Assembly (NCBI GenBank): GCA_963764165.1
Contig: CAVXRD010000003.1
Location: 96,001 to 160,000 of the forward strand
DNA from: an uncultured Verrucomicrobiae bacterium
GTDB taxonomy: Bacteria > Verrucomicrobiota > Verrucomicrobiia > Limisphaerales > Palsa-1400
Direction of reading: 5' to 3'
Length of the DNA stretch: 64,000 bases
This document shows, one piece after another, positions 1-8,888 of this stretch. The notes under the pieces were generated by a model. That model had not been told where the DNA came from. It saw only the letters and a program-made list of their open reading frames with translations, and searched no databases. Made by a program: the position numbers and the translations under genes. Position 1 is the stretch's first letter. Every line of letters starts with the position of its first letter.

Positions 1-1
1 T

Positions 2-454
2 GCAGGGGATCGTCCGCGAGTCAAATTGGAATGCCTTCGCCTGTTGGCCACCCTGCGGCTCAATCCGGCCCGGATGCGATTGATTTCCGGATTTGTGGAC
101 ACCTACCTTCGATTGAATGCGCAGGAAATCTTGCTTTTTCGGCGGGAGGAGGATAGCTTGGAACCCAGAGAAAAGGCTACCGTGATACAATTAACCACCA
201 GTTGGAAAGAAGAAGGACTTCAGGAAGGACTCCAAAAAGGACGTCAAGAAGGACGCCAAGAAGGACAGCGGGAACTTGTCTTGCGCCTATTGCGCCGACG
301 CTGGGGGCAATTGCCCGCTGGAATGGCGGCTCGGGTGGAGAGCTTGCCGGTGCAAGAGGTGGGAAACTTGGCCGAGGCGTTATGGGACTTTGCGTCTTTG
401 GTGGATCTGGAAACGTGGATGGAGCAGCGTCCCCGCAGCATCACTCCGGACTGA
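2..454 (+). CDS. Rpn/YhgA-like protein C-terminus with DUF4351 domain (5'-truncated by the window edge)
   Basis: LISGFVDTYLRL, LTTSWKEEG, (E/K)GxQ repeats, LRLLRRRWG...LAEALWDF..L.DL..W typical of DUF4351. Confidence 0.75.
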   Translation, partial: AGDRPRVKLECLRLLATLRLNPARMRLISGFVDTYLRLNAQEILLFRREEDSLEPREKATVIQLTTSWKEEGLQEGLQKGRQEGRQEGQRELVLRLLRRRWGQLPAGMAARVESLPVQEVGNLAEALWDFASLVDLETWMEQRPRSITPD

Positions 455-485
455 TTATAGTTCCCTGCCATAATCATCTGCTTTG

Positions 486-1730
486 CTATTTTTTTGGTGG
501 CGGGACCGGTTCGGTCTTTTTCTTTTTAAATGGCCCGCGCAAATACCACTCCTTCTTCAACCCCTGAATCAAATCGTCCGTGTGAACAATTGTCGTTGAG
601 ATTTCGGAGATAAGATTGGTGTTGACGCTCACCTGCCATGCCAGATTGCTCGTCAGGTCCGCGAGGTGTGTCAGAGTTTGGTCGAGGTTGGTGGCGAGCA
701 TGGTGATATTTGTATCCGTGTCACCCACCGTGTCTTGCGCGGTCTTCAATGTCTCTCGCGCCGCTCGAAGCGTCGAGTCCAAATCCGCCGCTATATTCGT
801 GGGTATAAGCCACGCGCCGAGCGCGCCGTTCGGATTTTTCAGGTTGCCGGTGATGGCGGCGAGGTTCGTCAACGTCGGTCCCGTCGCCTGCAAGGTGGTC
901 TTTGCCTGCACTGCGGCGAGATTTGCGTTGCTCAGTACGGCGTTCAATTGGTTTGTGATGTTCAGGATGTTCGGCAGCGCCTTTTCCACCGTTCCCGCGA
1001 CCGCTTCCAATCGATCCGACAGAGCAGGCGCGTCAATGGGCGGCACCCAGAAATAATTCGTTTTTGTTGGGTCGACTGCGGTTGTGAAGCCGCCTTCCGT
1101 CGCATTGGTGTAATAGACATCACGGTTTGCTTCCACAAACTCAGTGAAGTTGCTGATGACGATGTTCGAGGCAATGTCAGGAGGCGTCAGATTATTGTCC
1201 GGGTCGGCGCGGAACGCGGCATACATCTCATTGAATTTCTTGGACGCCTGAATCCGCTTTAACACCATCAGTTTCCCGGAAACATTGGTCACCGCGGGAA
1301 GGCCAGGTTTGCCCTTCTCGATTTCCAAATAACGGTGCCCAAGGAAATCCGCGATCACCCGGACCTTCGAATCCCAAAAGACGTAACGAAAATAATTAGT
1401 CCCTCCTTCAACGGCGGTCTCGCGGATGTTGAAGAAAATAATCACGCCGCGCGTTTTTTCTGGGGGATTGAGCAGCACGCCCGTAACTTTGCCCACGGGA
1501 AAGCCCATGAGTTTCACCTCATCGTCCTTGCTCAGCCCGCTGGCGTCATTGATGCCTGTGGCGAAATTTATTTTCGTCACGAACCAGCCGCGGCTGTGGG
1601 CCGTCGAATAGAGGTAATATCCAAATCCGACGATCAGCATAACAATGGCCAGGATGACGAACCAGCCGACGACTTTTTCAACGCGTCGCAGGCGGGTTCG
1701 CAATTGGGGGGTCAAGTCTTGGAGTGGCAT
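486..1730 (-). CDS. MlaD/MCE family substrate-binding protein
   Basis: N-terminal TM, DASGL..DDEVKLMGFPVGKV MCE motif, helical tail; operon with ATPase and permease. Confidence 0.8.
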   Translation of the reverse strand: MPLQDLTPQLRTRLRRVEKVVGWFVILAIVMLIVGFGYYLYSTAHSRGWFVTKINFATGINDASGLSKDDEVKLMGFPVGKVTGVLLNPPEKTRGVIIFFNIRETAVEGGTNYFRYVFWDSKVRVIADFLGHRYLEIEKGKPGLPAVTNVSGKLMVLKRIQASKKFNEMYAAFRADPDNNLTPPDIASNIVISNFTEFVEANRDVYYTNATEGGFTTAVDPTKTNYFWVPPIDAPALSDRLEAVAGTVEKALPNILNITNQLNAVLSNANLAAVQAKTTLQATGPTLTNLAAITGNLKNPNGALGAWLIPTNIAADLDSTLRAARETLKTAQDTVGDTDTNITMLATNLDQTLTHLADLTSNLAWQVSVNTNLISEISTTIVHTDDLIQGLKKEWYLRGPFKKKKTEPVPPPKK

Positions 1731-1735
1731 AAAAG

Positions 1736-2482
1736 TTAGTTCATTTCCGGCGCGGTCTCGCGCGGGCCGTGGATTTGCCAGCGCCCGTCGCTAATCTCGG
1801 CGAAGTTGTAATGGTCATTCCAAAGCGAAAAGTCGGACGTGGCCGCGACCATCGTCATCTTCCGGCCTTCCATGAATTTGGAACCGTCAGCCAATTGGCG
1901 CAGAAATTTTCGCCACCACACGCGATGCGAGAATTCCAATCCCGCCATCGGCTCGTCTAAAAAAAGAATATCCGGCTGCATCGCCAGCGCGCGCGCCAGC
2001 CCGACCCGCTGCTGCCAGCCCGTCGTCAGGCGATGCGCCTCTTTATCCGCGAACGGCGTCAACTCGGCAGCCGCCAGCAGGCCCTTCACAAACTCCTCCG
2101 AATCCTCCTCAGTCCAATCATGATGATAGCGCAAGGGCAGGGCAATATTCTGCGCGACGCTCAAGTCCGGCAGCATCCGGCCGCCGCCTTTAAAGACGTA
2201 GCCGGAACGTTTGCGCTGTTCCAGCGCATCGGATTCGGAAAGCGTGTCGAGATTGAAGCCAAAATGCAAAACCGTTCCGCTGGCTGGCGGCCGCAGGCCG
2301 GACATCGTCGCCAGAAAAGCGCTCTTGCCTGAGCCGTGCCGCCCGCCCACCACCCAGAATTCGCCCGCATTGACCTTCCAATTCACGTCGCGCACCGCCA
2401 GAGCATGCGAATGCGAGCTGTAAACATCGGCGCCCGAGGCTTCGAGCAAAGGCGCATTGTTTTGTGAAATATTTTCAGCCAT
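1736..2482 (-). CDS. ABC transporter ATP-binding protein (MlaF-like)
   Basis: Walker A GRHGSGKS, degenerate signature LTTGWQQR, Walker B ILFLDEP. Confidence 0.85.
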   Translation of the reverse strand: MAENISQNNAPLLEASGADVYSSHSHALAVRDVNWKVNAGEFWVVGGRHGSGKSAFLATMSGLRPPASGTVLHFGFNLDTLSESDALEQRKRSGYVFKGGGRMLPDLSVAQNIALPLRYHHDWTEEDSEEFVKGLLAAAELTPFADKEAHRLTTGWQQRVGLARALAMQPDILFLDEPMAGLEFSHRVWWRKFLRQLADGSKFMEGRKMTMVAATSDFSLWNDHYNFAEISDGRWQIHGPRETAPEMN

Positions 2483-3338
2483 GGGGAGATTGAACCACCA
2501 AGTAAACCACCAGGAAAATCGCGTCCAGCAGCACGATTCCCACCACGCATTTCGCGATGGCGCTCGTCGTTGCCTGGCTGACCTGCTCCAATCGCAGCGG
2601 CGTCGCCAGCCCTTCGTAACAGGTCACAATCGCGATCAGCACTCCGAAAAACGCCGTCTTCAAAATCAGCAGCACAAAATCCTGCCATAAAAGGGCGTTG
2701 GCCAATTGCGAAAAATATTCGCCAGGCCGCAAAGGCACGTTTTCTATGAACGCAAACAAATACCCGCTGAACAGCGCGCAAATGATGAAATAAATCGTCA
2801 GCGAAAAGCTGGCCAGGGCCATCCCAATGACACGCGGGACGACCAGATAATGAATGGGGTCAATGCTCAGCGCTTCAAGAGCTTCGACTTCACCGAGAGC
2901 GCGGGCGGTGCCCAATTCCACCACGTTGGCCGCGCCAACACGCGCCATCACCAGCAGCGCCGCCATGATGGGCCCCATTTCCCGCACCACCACACTCACC
3001 ATCACCGTGCCCGCAAAATTTTCCGCCCCGAACCGATTGAGCAGAAAAACGGTCTGTCCAATCACCACCAGCCCCAGCGCGCCGGAAAGGAAAAGAGTCA
3101 TCGGCAGCAGCGCCGCGCCCGCCCGCACGATATGCGCGCGGATGGACGGATGAATGACGCGCCGCGCCGTGTTGTATTTGCCGATGGCGACAGCCAGTGT
3201 GATGATCAGGAACGCGCTCATTCCGCGGAGATCGTCGGTCAAGCGAAGGAGCAAGTCCCCGGCGCGTTCCATGCCAATGGGCCGCAGCGCCGCGAACTCC
3301 TCCCCCGTCATTTCCTTTTCTGGCGAACCTTCCGACAT
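2475..3338 (-). CDS. MlaE family ABC permease
   Basis: VVREMGPIMAALLVMARVG, EVEALEALSIDPIHYLVVPR. Confidence 0.9.
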   Translation of the reverse strand: MSEGSPEKEMTGEEFAALRPIGMERAGDLLLRLTDDLRGMSAFLIITLAVAIGKYNTARRVIHPSIRAHIVRAGAALLPMTLFLSGALGLVVIGQTVFLLNRFGAENFAGTVMVSVVVREMGPIMAALLVMARVGAANVVELGTARALGEVEALEALSIDPIHYLVVPRVIGMALASFSLTIYFIICALFSGYLFAFIENVPLRPGEYFSQLANALLWQDFVLLILKTAFFGVLIAIVTCYEGLATPLRLEQVSQATTSAIAKCVVGIVLLDAIFLVVYLVVQSPHG

Positions 3339-3447
3339 AGAACGTCACAGTAATTGACGGATTTCATCCCGTAAAGAAAAGAGACCGAATGAATGGAAAA
3401 TCCAAGAGACCCCGAAGGGCAGGCTGTCGCAATGGGAACCAGGGGCC

Positions 3448-3480
3448 GGCCACAGATTCACACAGATCAACACAGATTTT
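3448..3480 (+). repeat. 10-bp-period triple repeat GGC(CACAGATNNN)3, copy 1
   Basis: ggccacagattcacacagatcaacacagatttt; near-identical copies at 33398 and 42067. Confidence 0.9.
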
Positions 3481-3540
3481 TGATTTGTCTGTGTGAAAGA
3501 AATTGCTTTGAGCCAATGTTCAACGTATTGTGTTAGCACT

Positions 3541-3780
3541 ATGGCAAATAAACAAATCAGTGGAAGGCAGCTCCGGCACGGCAGCCCGGAAGAATCCCTG
3601 TCGCCCGGCGAGAGTTTGACGGTCAAAAAAAGGGGCGGAAAGGAATTCAGGCTTACGCGCACCGATTCAGGCAATCGTGACATAAATGCTCAGATGGATC
3701 AATTGTTCAAGGATATACCCCTGGAGGGGCCCCGCGAGGAAACAGACTTCGTCCGTGTGCTGATGGAGGATCGGGAGTGA
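3541..3780 (+). CDS. putative antitoxin
   Basis: 79-aa ORF from ATG 3541 overlapping the PIN gene start (GTGA). Confidence 0.65.
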   Translation: MANKQISGRQLRHGSPEESLSPGESLTVKKRGGKEFRLTRTDSGNRDINAQMDQLFKDIPLEGPREETDFVRVLMEDRE

Positions 3781-4217
3781 TCGTTTATTGCGATACAAGC
3801 TTCCTGTTCAGTTTTCTAAATGAGGGGGATGTCAATTACGCGGCCGCCCGCGGGAGAGCGCTTCGATTTTCTGGAGATGACTTTGTTATCAGCGAGGTTC
3901 ACCTGCTGGAATTTCCAGCTGCGGTGCGGGCAGCGACACACCGGCCTGTAGGTGCGATTTCCGCTTATATCGCGCGCGGAGTCATCAACCGGTTTGACCG
4001 CTCGGTGACGGGGAAAATCTTCATCAAGAAGCAGGTGGACCTGATCGAGTCGGTTAGCATGACCCGTTCGCTTGGCGAAACCTATGGATGGAAGGAACGG
4101 CACACCGCTTTTGACTTGTGGCACGTTGCGGCCGCATGGTCGCTTTCCGCCGGGGCTTTCCTGACTTTCGACCGCCGCCAAGAAAAACTCGCCCTTGCCT
4201 TGGGTATGAAGGCTTGA
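3777..4217 (+). CDS. PIN-domain (VapC-like) toxin
   Basis: YCDTSFL, E, FDLWHVAAA, FLTFDRRQ acidic PIN motifs. Confidence 0.85.
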   Translation: MIVYCDTSFLFSFLNEGDVNYAAARGRALRFSGDDFVISEVHLLEFPAAVRAATHRPVGAISAYIARGVINRFDRSVTGKIFIKKQVDLIESVSMTRSLGETYGWKERHTAFDLWHVAAAWSLSAGAFLTFDRRQEKLALALGMKA

Positions 4218-4250
4218 CCTCGGTTTTTCCTGATAAATCGAATATTTCTG

Positions 4251-4565
4251 CCAAAAATCGTGCCGAAAAACCTCTGGTAGGTTTTTCAGTTTCATGCGGA
4301 CTGTGCCAAAGTGCATCCATGGATATGCAATGTCATATGCACAATGCCGATTTGCGCCGGAGTTATTTGGTGATTTTGGGGCTGTGGGTGCTTTTCGTGG
4401 CCGTCCTTGGCTGGACCGGGGGCGTTCTGTCATTGATGCGTACTCCAAGATGCGGAGGATGCCGCCGGGGTCCGAATTCGCCCTGTTTTTCAATTGCCAC
4501 CGAACCAAGGCCGCACGCGTAAACATAGGTAAACAAAGGTAAAAGAAGGCAAACATAGGTGAAAT
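4251..4565 (+). repeat. dispersed cassette copy 1 (conserved head + small ORF 4319-4522 + 10-bp tandem tail)
   Basis: 4251-4341 aligns with 42212-42301; tail aaacataggt-like x4 at 4521-4560. Confidence 0.8.
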
Positions 4566-4701
4566 TGTCAAAAAACGGAGTTCGCTGTGAGAGATTCAAA
4601 TGCGCAAATGAGCCGCAATGCAAATGCGCGGAATCGCGCTCGCATAGATTTTCTTGCGAGCGGCCGCTTCGCGACTCATAGTAGATCAAATGTTCTTTTG
4701 T

Positions 4702-4778
4702 GCGCGCGTAGCTCAACTGGATAGAGTGACGGCCTCCGAAGCCGCAGGTTGTGGGTTCAACTCCCGCCGCGCGCACCA
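4702..4778 (+). tRNA. tRNA-Arg(CCG)
   Basis: GCGCGCG acceptor stem, D-arm, anticodon loop CT-CCG-AA, T-loop TTCAACT, encoded CCA. Confidence 0.95.
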
Positions 4779-4816
4779 CTATCCCCTTTGGCTCTTATTG
4801 CAGGCTGTTTAATTTT

Positions 4817-6898
4817 ATGTCTGAGGATAAATCTGTTGTAAAACCGGTGGAGGCGCCGCCTCTCACGCCACTGAATTTGCCGTCCAAGCTGGCTCCCACG
4901 CCCGCTGGGCCGCCGAAATTTTCCGTCAAAGTCAAGAACGCCGCCGGCGAAGAGGTCGTCCTCGGCGATCCTTCAGCCACGCGCGCGCTCATCGCGCTCA
5001 TGGATACCGAAGCGGTGAATGGCGGCGCGGCCAGCCACTGGGGCGGGCCATCGGCATTCGCGGAAATCATGGCCTCGATCCACGGGATCATGTTTGCGAC
5101 CAAAGGACGCCCCTGGCACGAAGCGTTTAATTTTGTCAACGACGCCGGCCACACCGAGAACGGCATTTACGCGCTCCGCTGCAATTATGGCTTCGACGGC
5201 ATGACGCCCGAGGACTTGAAATGGTTCCGCAGCATCAAGAGCAAATTGACGGGCCACGGCGAATCGCATTTGAATCCGCAAGGCGTTTTGCTGAGCAACG
5301 GGCCGCTCGGTTCCGCTCTGCCGCAATCGCAGGGGCTGGCCTTGGCGGATAAATTGCGCAAGAACGATCGGGTGACCATTTGCACCGTGTCCGATGGCGC
5401 GTCGATGGAAGGCGAGGCAAAGGAGGCGTTTGCGGCCATCCCAGGATTGGCGGCGAAGGGAAAATTGAACCCGTATGTGCTGGCCATTTCCGACAACGAC
5501 ACCAAACTTTCCGGACGCATCAGCAAGGACGCCTTCACCATGGAGCCCAGCTTCGAGGCGATGGCGATACTTGGTTGGAATGTCACTCACATTACCAACG
5601 GCCACGATTTGCAAGCTGTCTATCTCGCGGTGGAAAAAGGCATCGCGGAAGCGCGCGCGAATCCATTAAGGCCCGTTTGCCTGTGGTTCAAAACGATCAA
5701 GGGCTATGGCATCAAAGCGACGATGGAAAGCGCCACCGGCGGCCACGGCTTTCCGCTGGCCAATGGGGAGAAGGTCATGGACTTCGTCAAAGAAATTTAC
5801 GGCAAAACCGAGGTGCCCGCTGACCTGGAGGCGTGGGCGCACAAATTGCGCGAAGGCTGGGAAGAGAAGGAAGCCACCAAAAAAGCCAAATCCGCCGAGG
5901 CCGTCACTCCCGCTCCGCCCGCAGTCAAGAAAGACAAGGTGCAAAGCGGATTGGCCAAGGGCGCAGTGCGGGCCGCGCAGGAAGGGTTGCCAGTCTTTTC
6001 CGTTTCCGCCGATGTCGAAGGCTCGACGGGCATGAGCCTGTTCCAAAAAAGCTTTCCGGATCGTTTTGTCGAAGTCGGCGTGGCGGAGGCGAACATGATC
6101 AGCACCGGCGCGGGCCTTTCGAAGCTCGGCTTCATTCCTATTGTTGACACATTCGGCCAGTTTGGCGTGACGAAGGGGAACCTTCCGCTGACGATGTCCG
6201 CCTTGTCGCAGGCGCCGGTGATTGCGGTTTTTTCGCACGTCGGTTTTCAGGACGCGGCGGACGGCGCTTCGCACGAAGCCACCACCTATTTCGCCGCGAC
6301 TTCGCCCATCCCGCACACGGTGGTGATTGCATGCTCGTGCTCGGACGAAGCTGAATCGCTCATGTTCCAGGCGATCAAGCGGACAGCCGACGCGCGCCTT
6401 GCGGGCAAAGACGGGGAATCCGTGATCTTCTTTGTCGGCCGCGAAAATTATCCCGTTCATTTAGTTGACAACGCAAAGTACGAATGGGCCAAAGCCGATG
6501 TCATCGCGGAGGGAACGGATGTGGTCATCGTGGCCAGCGGCCCGATGGTGGGCCGGGCGATTCAGGCGGGCGCGCAATTGAAGGAGAAGGGGATTTCTGC
6601 CACGATCATTGCCAATCCATTCGTTAACCGGGTGGATCTCGACACCATCGGCCCCGCTGTCAAAAAGTGCGGCGGTCGGCTCATCACGATTGAGGATCAC
6701 CAGATTGTCTGCGGCATGAGCGCGCAATTGTCCCATGCGCTCTCGCGCGCGGGAATCGCGCACACGGTCACGGCGCTGGGCATCGACGGCGAGTTCGGCC
6801 GCTCGGCGTGGGTGGCGGAGAATCTCTACGAGCATTACGGAATGACTGCGGGGAAGCTGGTTGAAGCGGCGCAGGGCATGGTCAAGAAGAAGGGCTGA
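4817..6898 (+). CDS. transketolase family protein (single chain)
   Basis: SHWGG, LTGHGE, GPLGS, SDGASMEG TPP motif, EVGVAEANM, DGASHE, TIEDH. Confidence 0.85.
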   Translation: MSEDKSVVKPVEAPPLTPLNLPSKLAPTPAGPPKFSVKVKNAAGEEVVLGDPSATRALIALMDTEAVNGGAASHWGGPSAFAEIMASIHGIMFATKGRPWHEAFNFVNDAGHTENGIYALRCNYGFDGMTPEDLKWFRSIKSKLTGHGESHLNPQGVLLSNGPLGSALPQSQGLALADKLRKNDRVTICTVSDGASMEGEAKEAFAAIPGLAAKGKLNPYVLAISDNDTKLSGRISKDAFTMEPSFEAMAILGWNVTHITNGHDLQAVYLAVEKGIAEARANPLRPVCLWFKTIKGYGIKATMESATGGHGFPLANGEKVMDFVKEIYGKTEVPADLEAWAHKLREGWEEKEATKKAKSAEAVTPAPPAVKKDKVQSGLAKGAVRAAQEGLPVFSVSADVEGSTGMSLFQKSFPDRFVEVGVAEANMISTGAGLSKLGFIPIVDTFGQFGVTKGNLPLTMSALSQAPVIAVFSHVGFQDAADGASHEATTYFAATSPIPHTVVIACSCSDEAESLMFQAIKRTADARLAGKDGESVIFFVGRENYPVHLVDNAKYEWAKADVIAEGTDVVIVASGPMVGRAIQAGAQLKEKGISATIIANPFVNRVDLDTIGPAVKKCGGRLITIEDHQIVCGMSAQLSHALSRAGIAHTVTALGIDGEFGRSAWVAENLYEHYGMTAGKLVEAAQGMVKKKG

Positions 6899-6902
6899 GC
6901 AA

Positions 6903-7460
6903 ATGCCTCCGATCAAGTCGCTGAAGGGGAAACTCATCCTGGACGGTGGGAAACTTCAGGGGTCATTCTTTCACCGCTCGGTTGTTCTGATTTGCCAGCA
7001 CGATGCCGAAGGCGCGTTCGGGCTGATCTTGAACCGCGAGACGGAAAACAAAGTCGGCCAGGCTCTCACGGCGAATCTGCCGGCGCAAATCAAGGAGAAG
7101 CCGCTGTTTCTGGGTGGACCGGTGCAGCAGCAGGCGCTGAGCTTCCTGCACAGCGACCAGTTTTTGCCGGACGCCAATGTGATGGCGAACCTGAACTTAG
7201 GCCATTCACTTGACACGCTGGTGGAACTCGGCGATTCCTTTTCCGGGACGCAAAAACTGAAGCTTTTCGCGGGCTACGCGGGCTGGAGCGCCGGGCAGCT
7301 GGACAACGAAATGTCGCGCCAGGACTGGCTGGTGCATCCGGCCAGTTTGGAATTGGTATTTACAGAGAAGCCGGCCGAATTGTGGCGCGTCATCATGCGC
7401 AAAAAGGACATGAAGAGCCGCCTGATGGCGGACGCCCCGGACGATCTTTCGTGGAATTAA
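6903..7460 (+). CDS. YqgE/AlgH family protein
   Basis: FHRSVVLICQH..GAFGLILNR, LGGPV, GYAGWSAGQLDNE. Confidence 0.9.
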   Translation: MPPIKSLKGKLILDGGKLQGSFFHRSVVLICQHDAEGAFGLILNRETENKVGQALTANLPAQIKEKPLFLGGPVQQQALSFLHSDQFLPDANVMANLNLGHSLDTLVELGDSFSGTQKLKLFAGYAGWSAGQLDNEMSRQDWLVHPASLELVFTEKPAELWRVIMRKKDMKSRLMADAPDDLSWN

Positions 7461-7465
7461 ATCGA

Positions 7466-8212
7466 TTACGCCAGCGCCGTCCGCTGATGTTTTAATAGTT
7501 GACTGATGCCCAGTTTTCCGAGGGCCAGCATTTCCGCCAATTGTTTTTCAGTGTAAGCCGTTTCTTCGCCGGTTCCTTGCAATTCGATGAATTCCCCATC
7601 GCCGTTCATCACCAGATTCATGTCGACTGCTGCGGCGACATCTTCCACGTAACACAAGTCCAGCAGGGCGCGCTCTTGCACGATGCCGACACTTACCGCC
7701 GCAACGGGCTTCAATGCGATGTGCGCCGCCAATTTTCCTGCGCTTTGCAACGCTTTGATCGCGAGTGATAACGCGACGTAACATCCCGTGATGGCCGCCG
7801 TTCGCGTGCCGCCGTCGGCCTGCAGGACATCGCAATCGAGCCACACCGTGCGCGGTCCGATTTTTTCGAGGTCGAGCGCCCCGCGCATGGCGCGGCCGAT
7901 CAGGCGCTGAATTTCCTGCGACCGCCCGTCGATTTTTCCCTTCGAAATATCACGCGGTTTGCGTGTCAGCGTGGAGTAGGGGAGCATCGAGTATTCCGCT
8001 GTGATCCAGCCGCCTGTGACGTTCTGCTCTTTCATCCAGCGCGGGACGGTTTCCTCGATGGTCACGCCGCAAATCACGCGCGTGCTGCCCCACTCGACCA
8101 AGGTCGATCCGGACGCGTGCGGGGCGATGCCATTTTGAAATCGGATCGGGCGGATTTGATCGTGGGCCCGCCCGTCGGCGCGTTTGAAAGTCAGAGTCTC
8201 AGAAGAAGTCAT
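7466..8212 (-). CDS. rph: ribonuclease PH
   Basis: RADGR, GWITAEYSMLP, GRSQEIQRLIGR, DCDVLQADGGTRTAAITG. Confidence 0.97.
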   Translation of the reverse strand: MTSSETLTFKRADGRAHDQIRPIRFQNGIAPHASGSTLVEWGSTRVICGVTIEETVPRWMKEQNVTGGWITAEYSMLPYSTLTRKPRDISKGKIDGRSQEIQRLIGRAMRGALDLEKIGPRTVWLDCDVLQADGGTRTAAITGCYVALSLAIKALQSAGKLAAHIALKPVAAVSVGIVQERALLDLCYVEDVAAAVDMNLVMNGDGEFIELQGTGEETAYTEKQLAEMLALGKLGISQLLKHQRTALA

Positions 8213-8329
8213 GTGAGCGCATCGTAGCGGGGTCTTCCCGCCCGGGCAATCGCAAAGGTCGGGCAGTCCAATCGACGGCATCCTGATTCGGCATTGCGTT
8301 GGGCCGCGGAAAAACGTTAACTGTGCGGC

Positions 8330-8821
8330 GTGCCAAGTGTCGGTGAACAATTGCGCCGTGCGCGTGAAGCCCAAAAACTGGGTGTGCAAGAGGTCGTGGA
8401 TTTGACGAAAATTCGCGGGGATCATCTCCGCGCGCTTGAGGCCGGCGATTACAGCGTTTTTTCCGCGCCCGTTTACATTCGGGGGTTTGTCCGCGCCTAT
8501 GCCAGATTGCTCAAGCTCGATGTCGACCAGATTCTCGAGCAGCTGGGCCAGGAATTGGCGGATTCAGGGCAGATTGATCCGCAGCTCTCCCCGCCGGAGA
8601 AAAGCTCAATTGACACCGCCATGTTTTACGCCTCCAAGGTCGGGCGCGGGTTGGTTTGGCCGGTCGTGGGCGGGGTGCTGGGAGTGGTGCTCATTGTCGG
8701 CGGCTATATGTTGTGGAGCCGCCAGCGAAGCGCGGACCCGGCGGCGGGATTGGGGCCCGGGCTTTATCAAGCGCCAACGAACTCCGGCGACATTTTGCCG
8801 CTTCCGGGCCCAAAATTATAG
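8330..8821 (+). CDS. RodZ-like helix-turn-helix membrane protein (short, no periplasmic domain)
   Basis: GEQLRRARE...TKIR..L.ALE.G...YIRGFVRAYARLLKLD plus one TM. Confidence 0.85.
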   Translation: MPSVGEQLRRAREAQKLGVQEVVDLTKIRGDHLRALEAGDYSVFSAPVYIRGFVRAYARLLKLDVDQILEQLGQELADSGQIDPQLSPPEKSSIDTAMFYASKVGRGLVWPVVGGVLGVVLIVGGYMLWSRQRSADPAAGLGPGLYQAPTNSGDILPLPGPKL

Positions 8822-8888
8822 GCGCCTTGAATCACAGGATTTTGCATCTTGTAATTGGGCGGCGCCTTTGAGAGCTTCAACTAACTCT

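Noticed and set aside
4521..4560. Possible CRISPR or mini-array in the short tandem repeats
   Set aside because: 10-bp units with no unique spacers and no cas genes; no CRISPR array seen anywhere in the window.
3816..4571. 251-aa minus-strand ORF through the cassette (and 41653-42276)
   Set aside because: Overlaps the PIN gene antisense, and the two cassette copies differ by a 1-nt indel that breaks a shared minus-strand frame.
4702..4778. tRNA-Arg as the integration site of an island
   Set aside because: No integrase and no duplicated tRNA 3' end found; transketolase follows immediately.
8436..8888. N-terminal extensions in the ORF track (also 4751, 8425, 19679)
   Set aside because: They overlap neighbouring genes or the tRNA; family motifs begin at the downstream ATGs.
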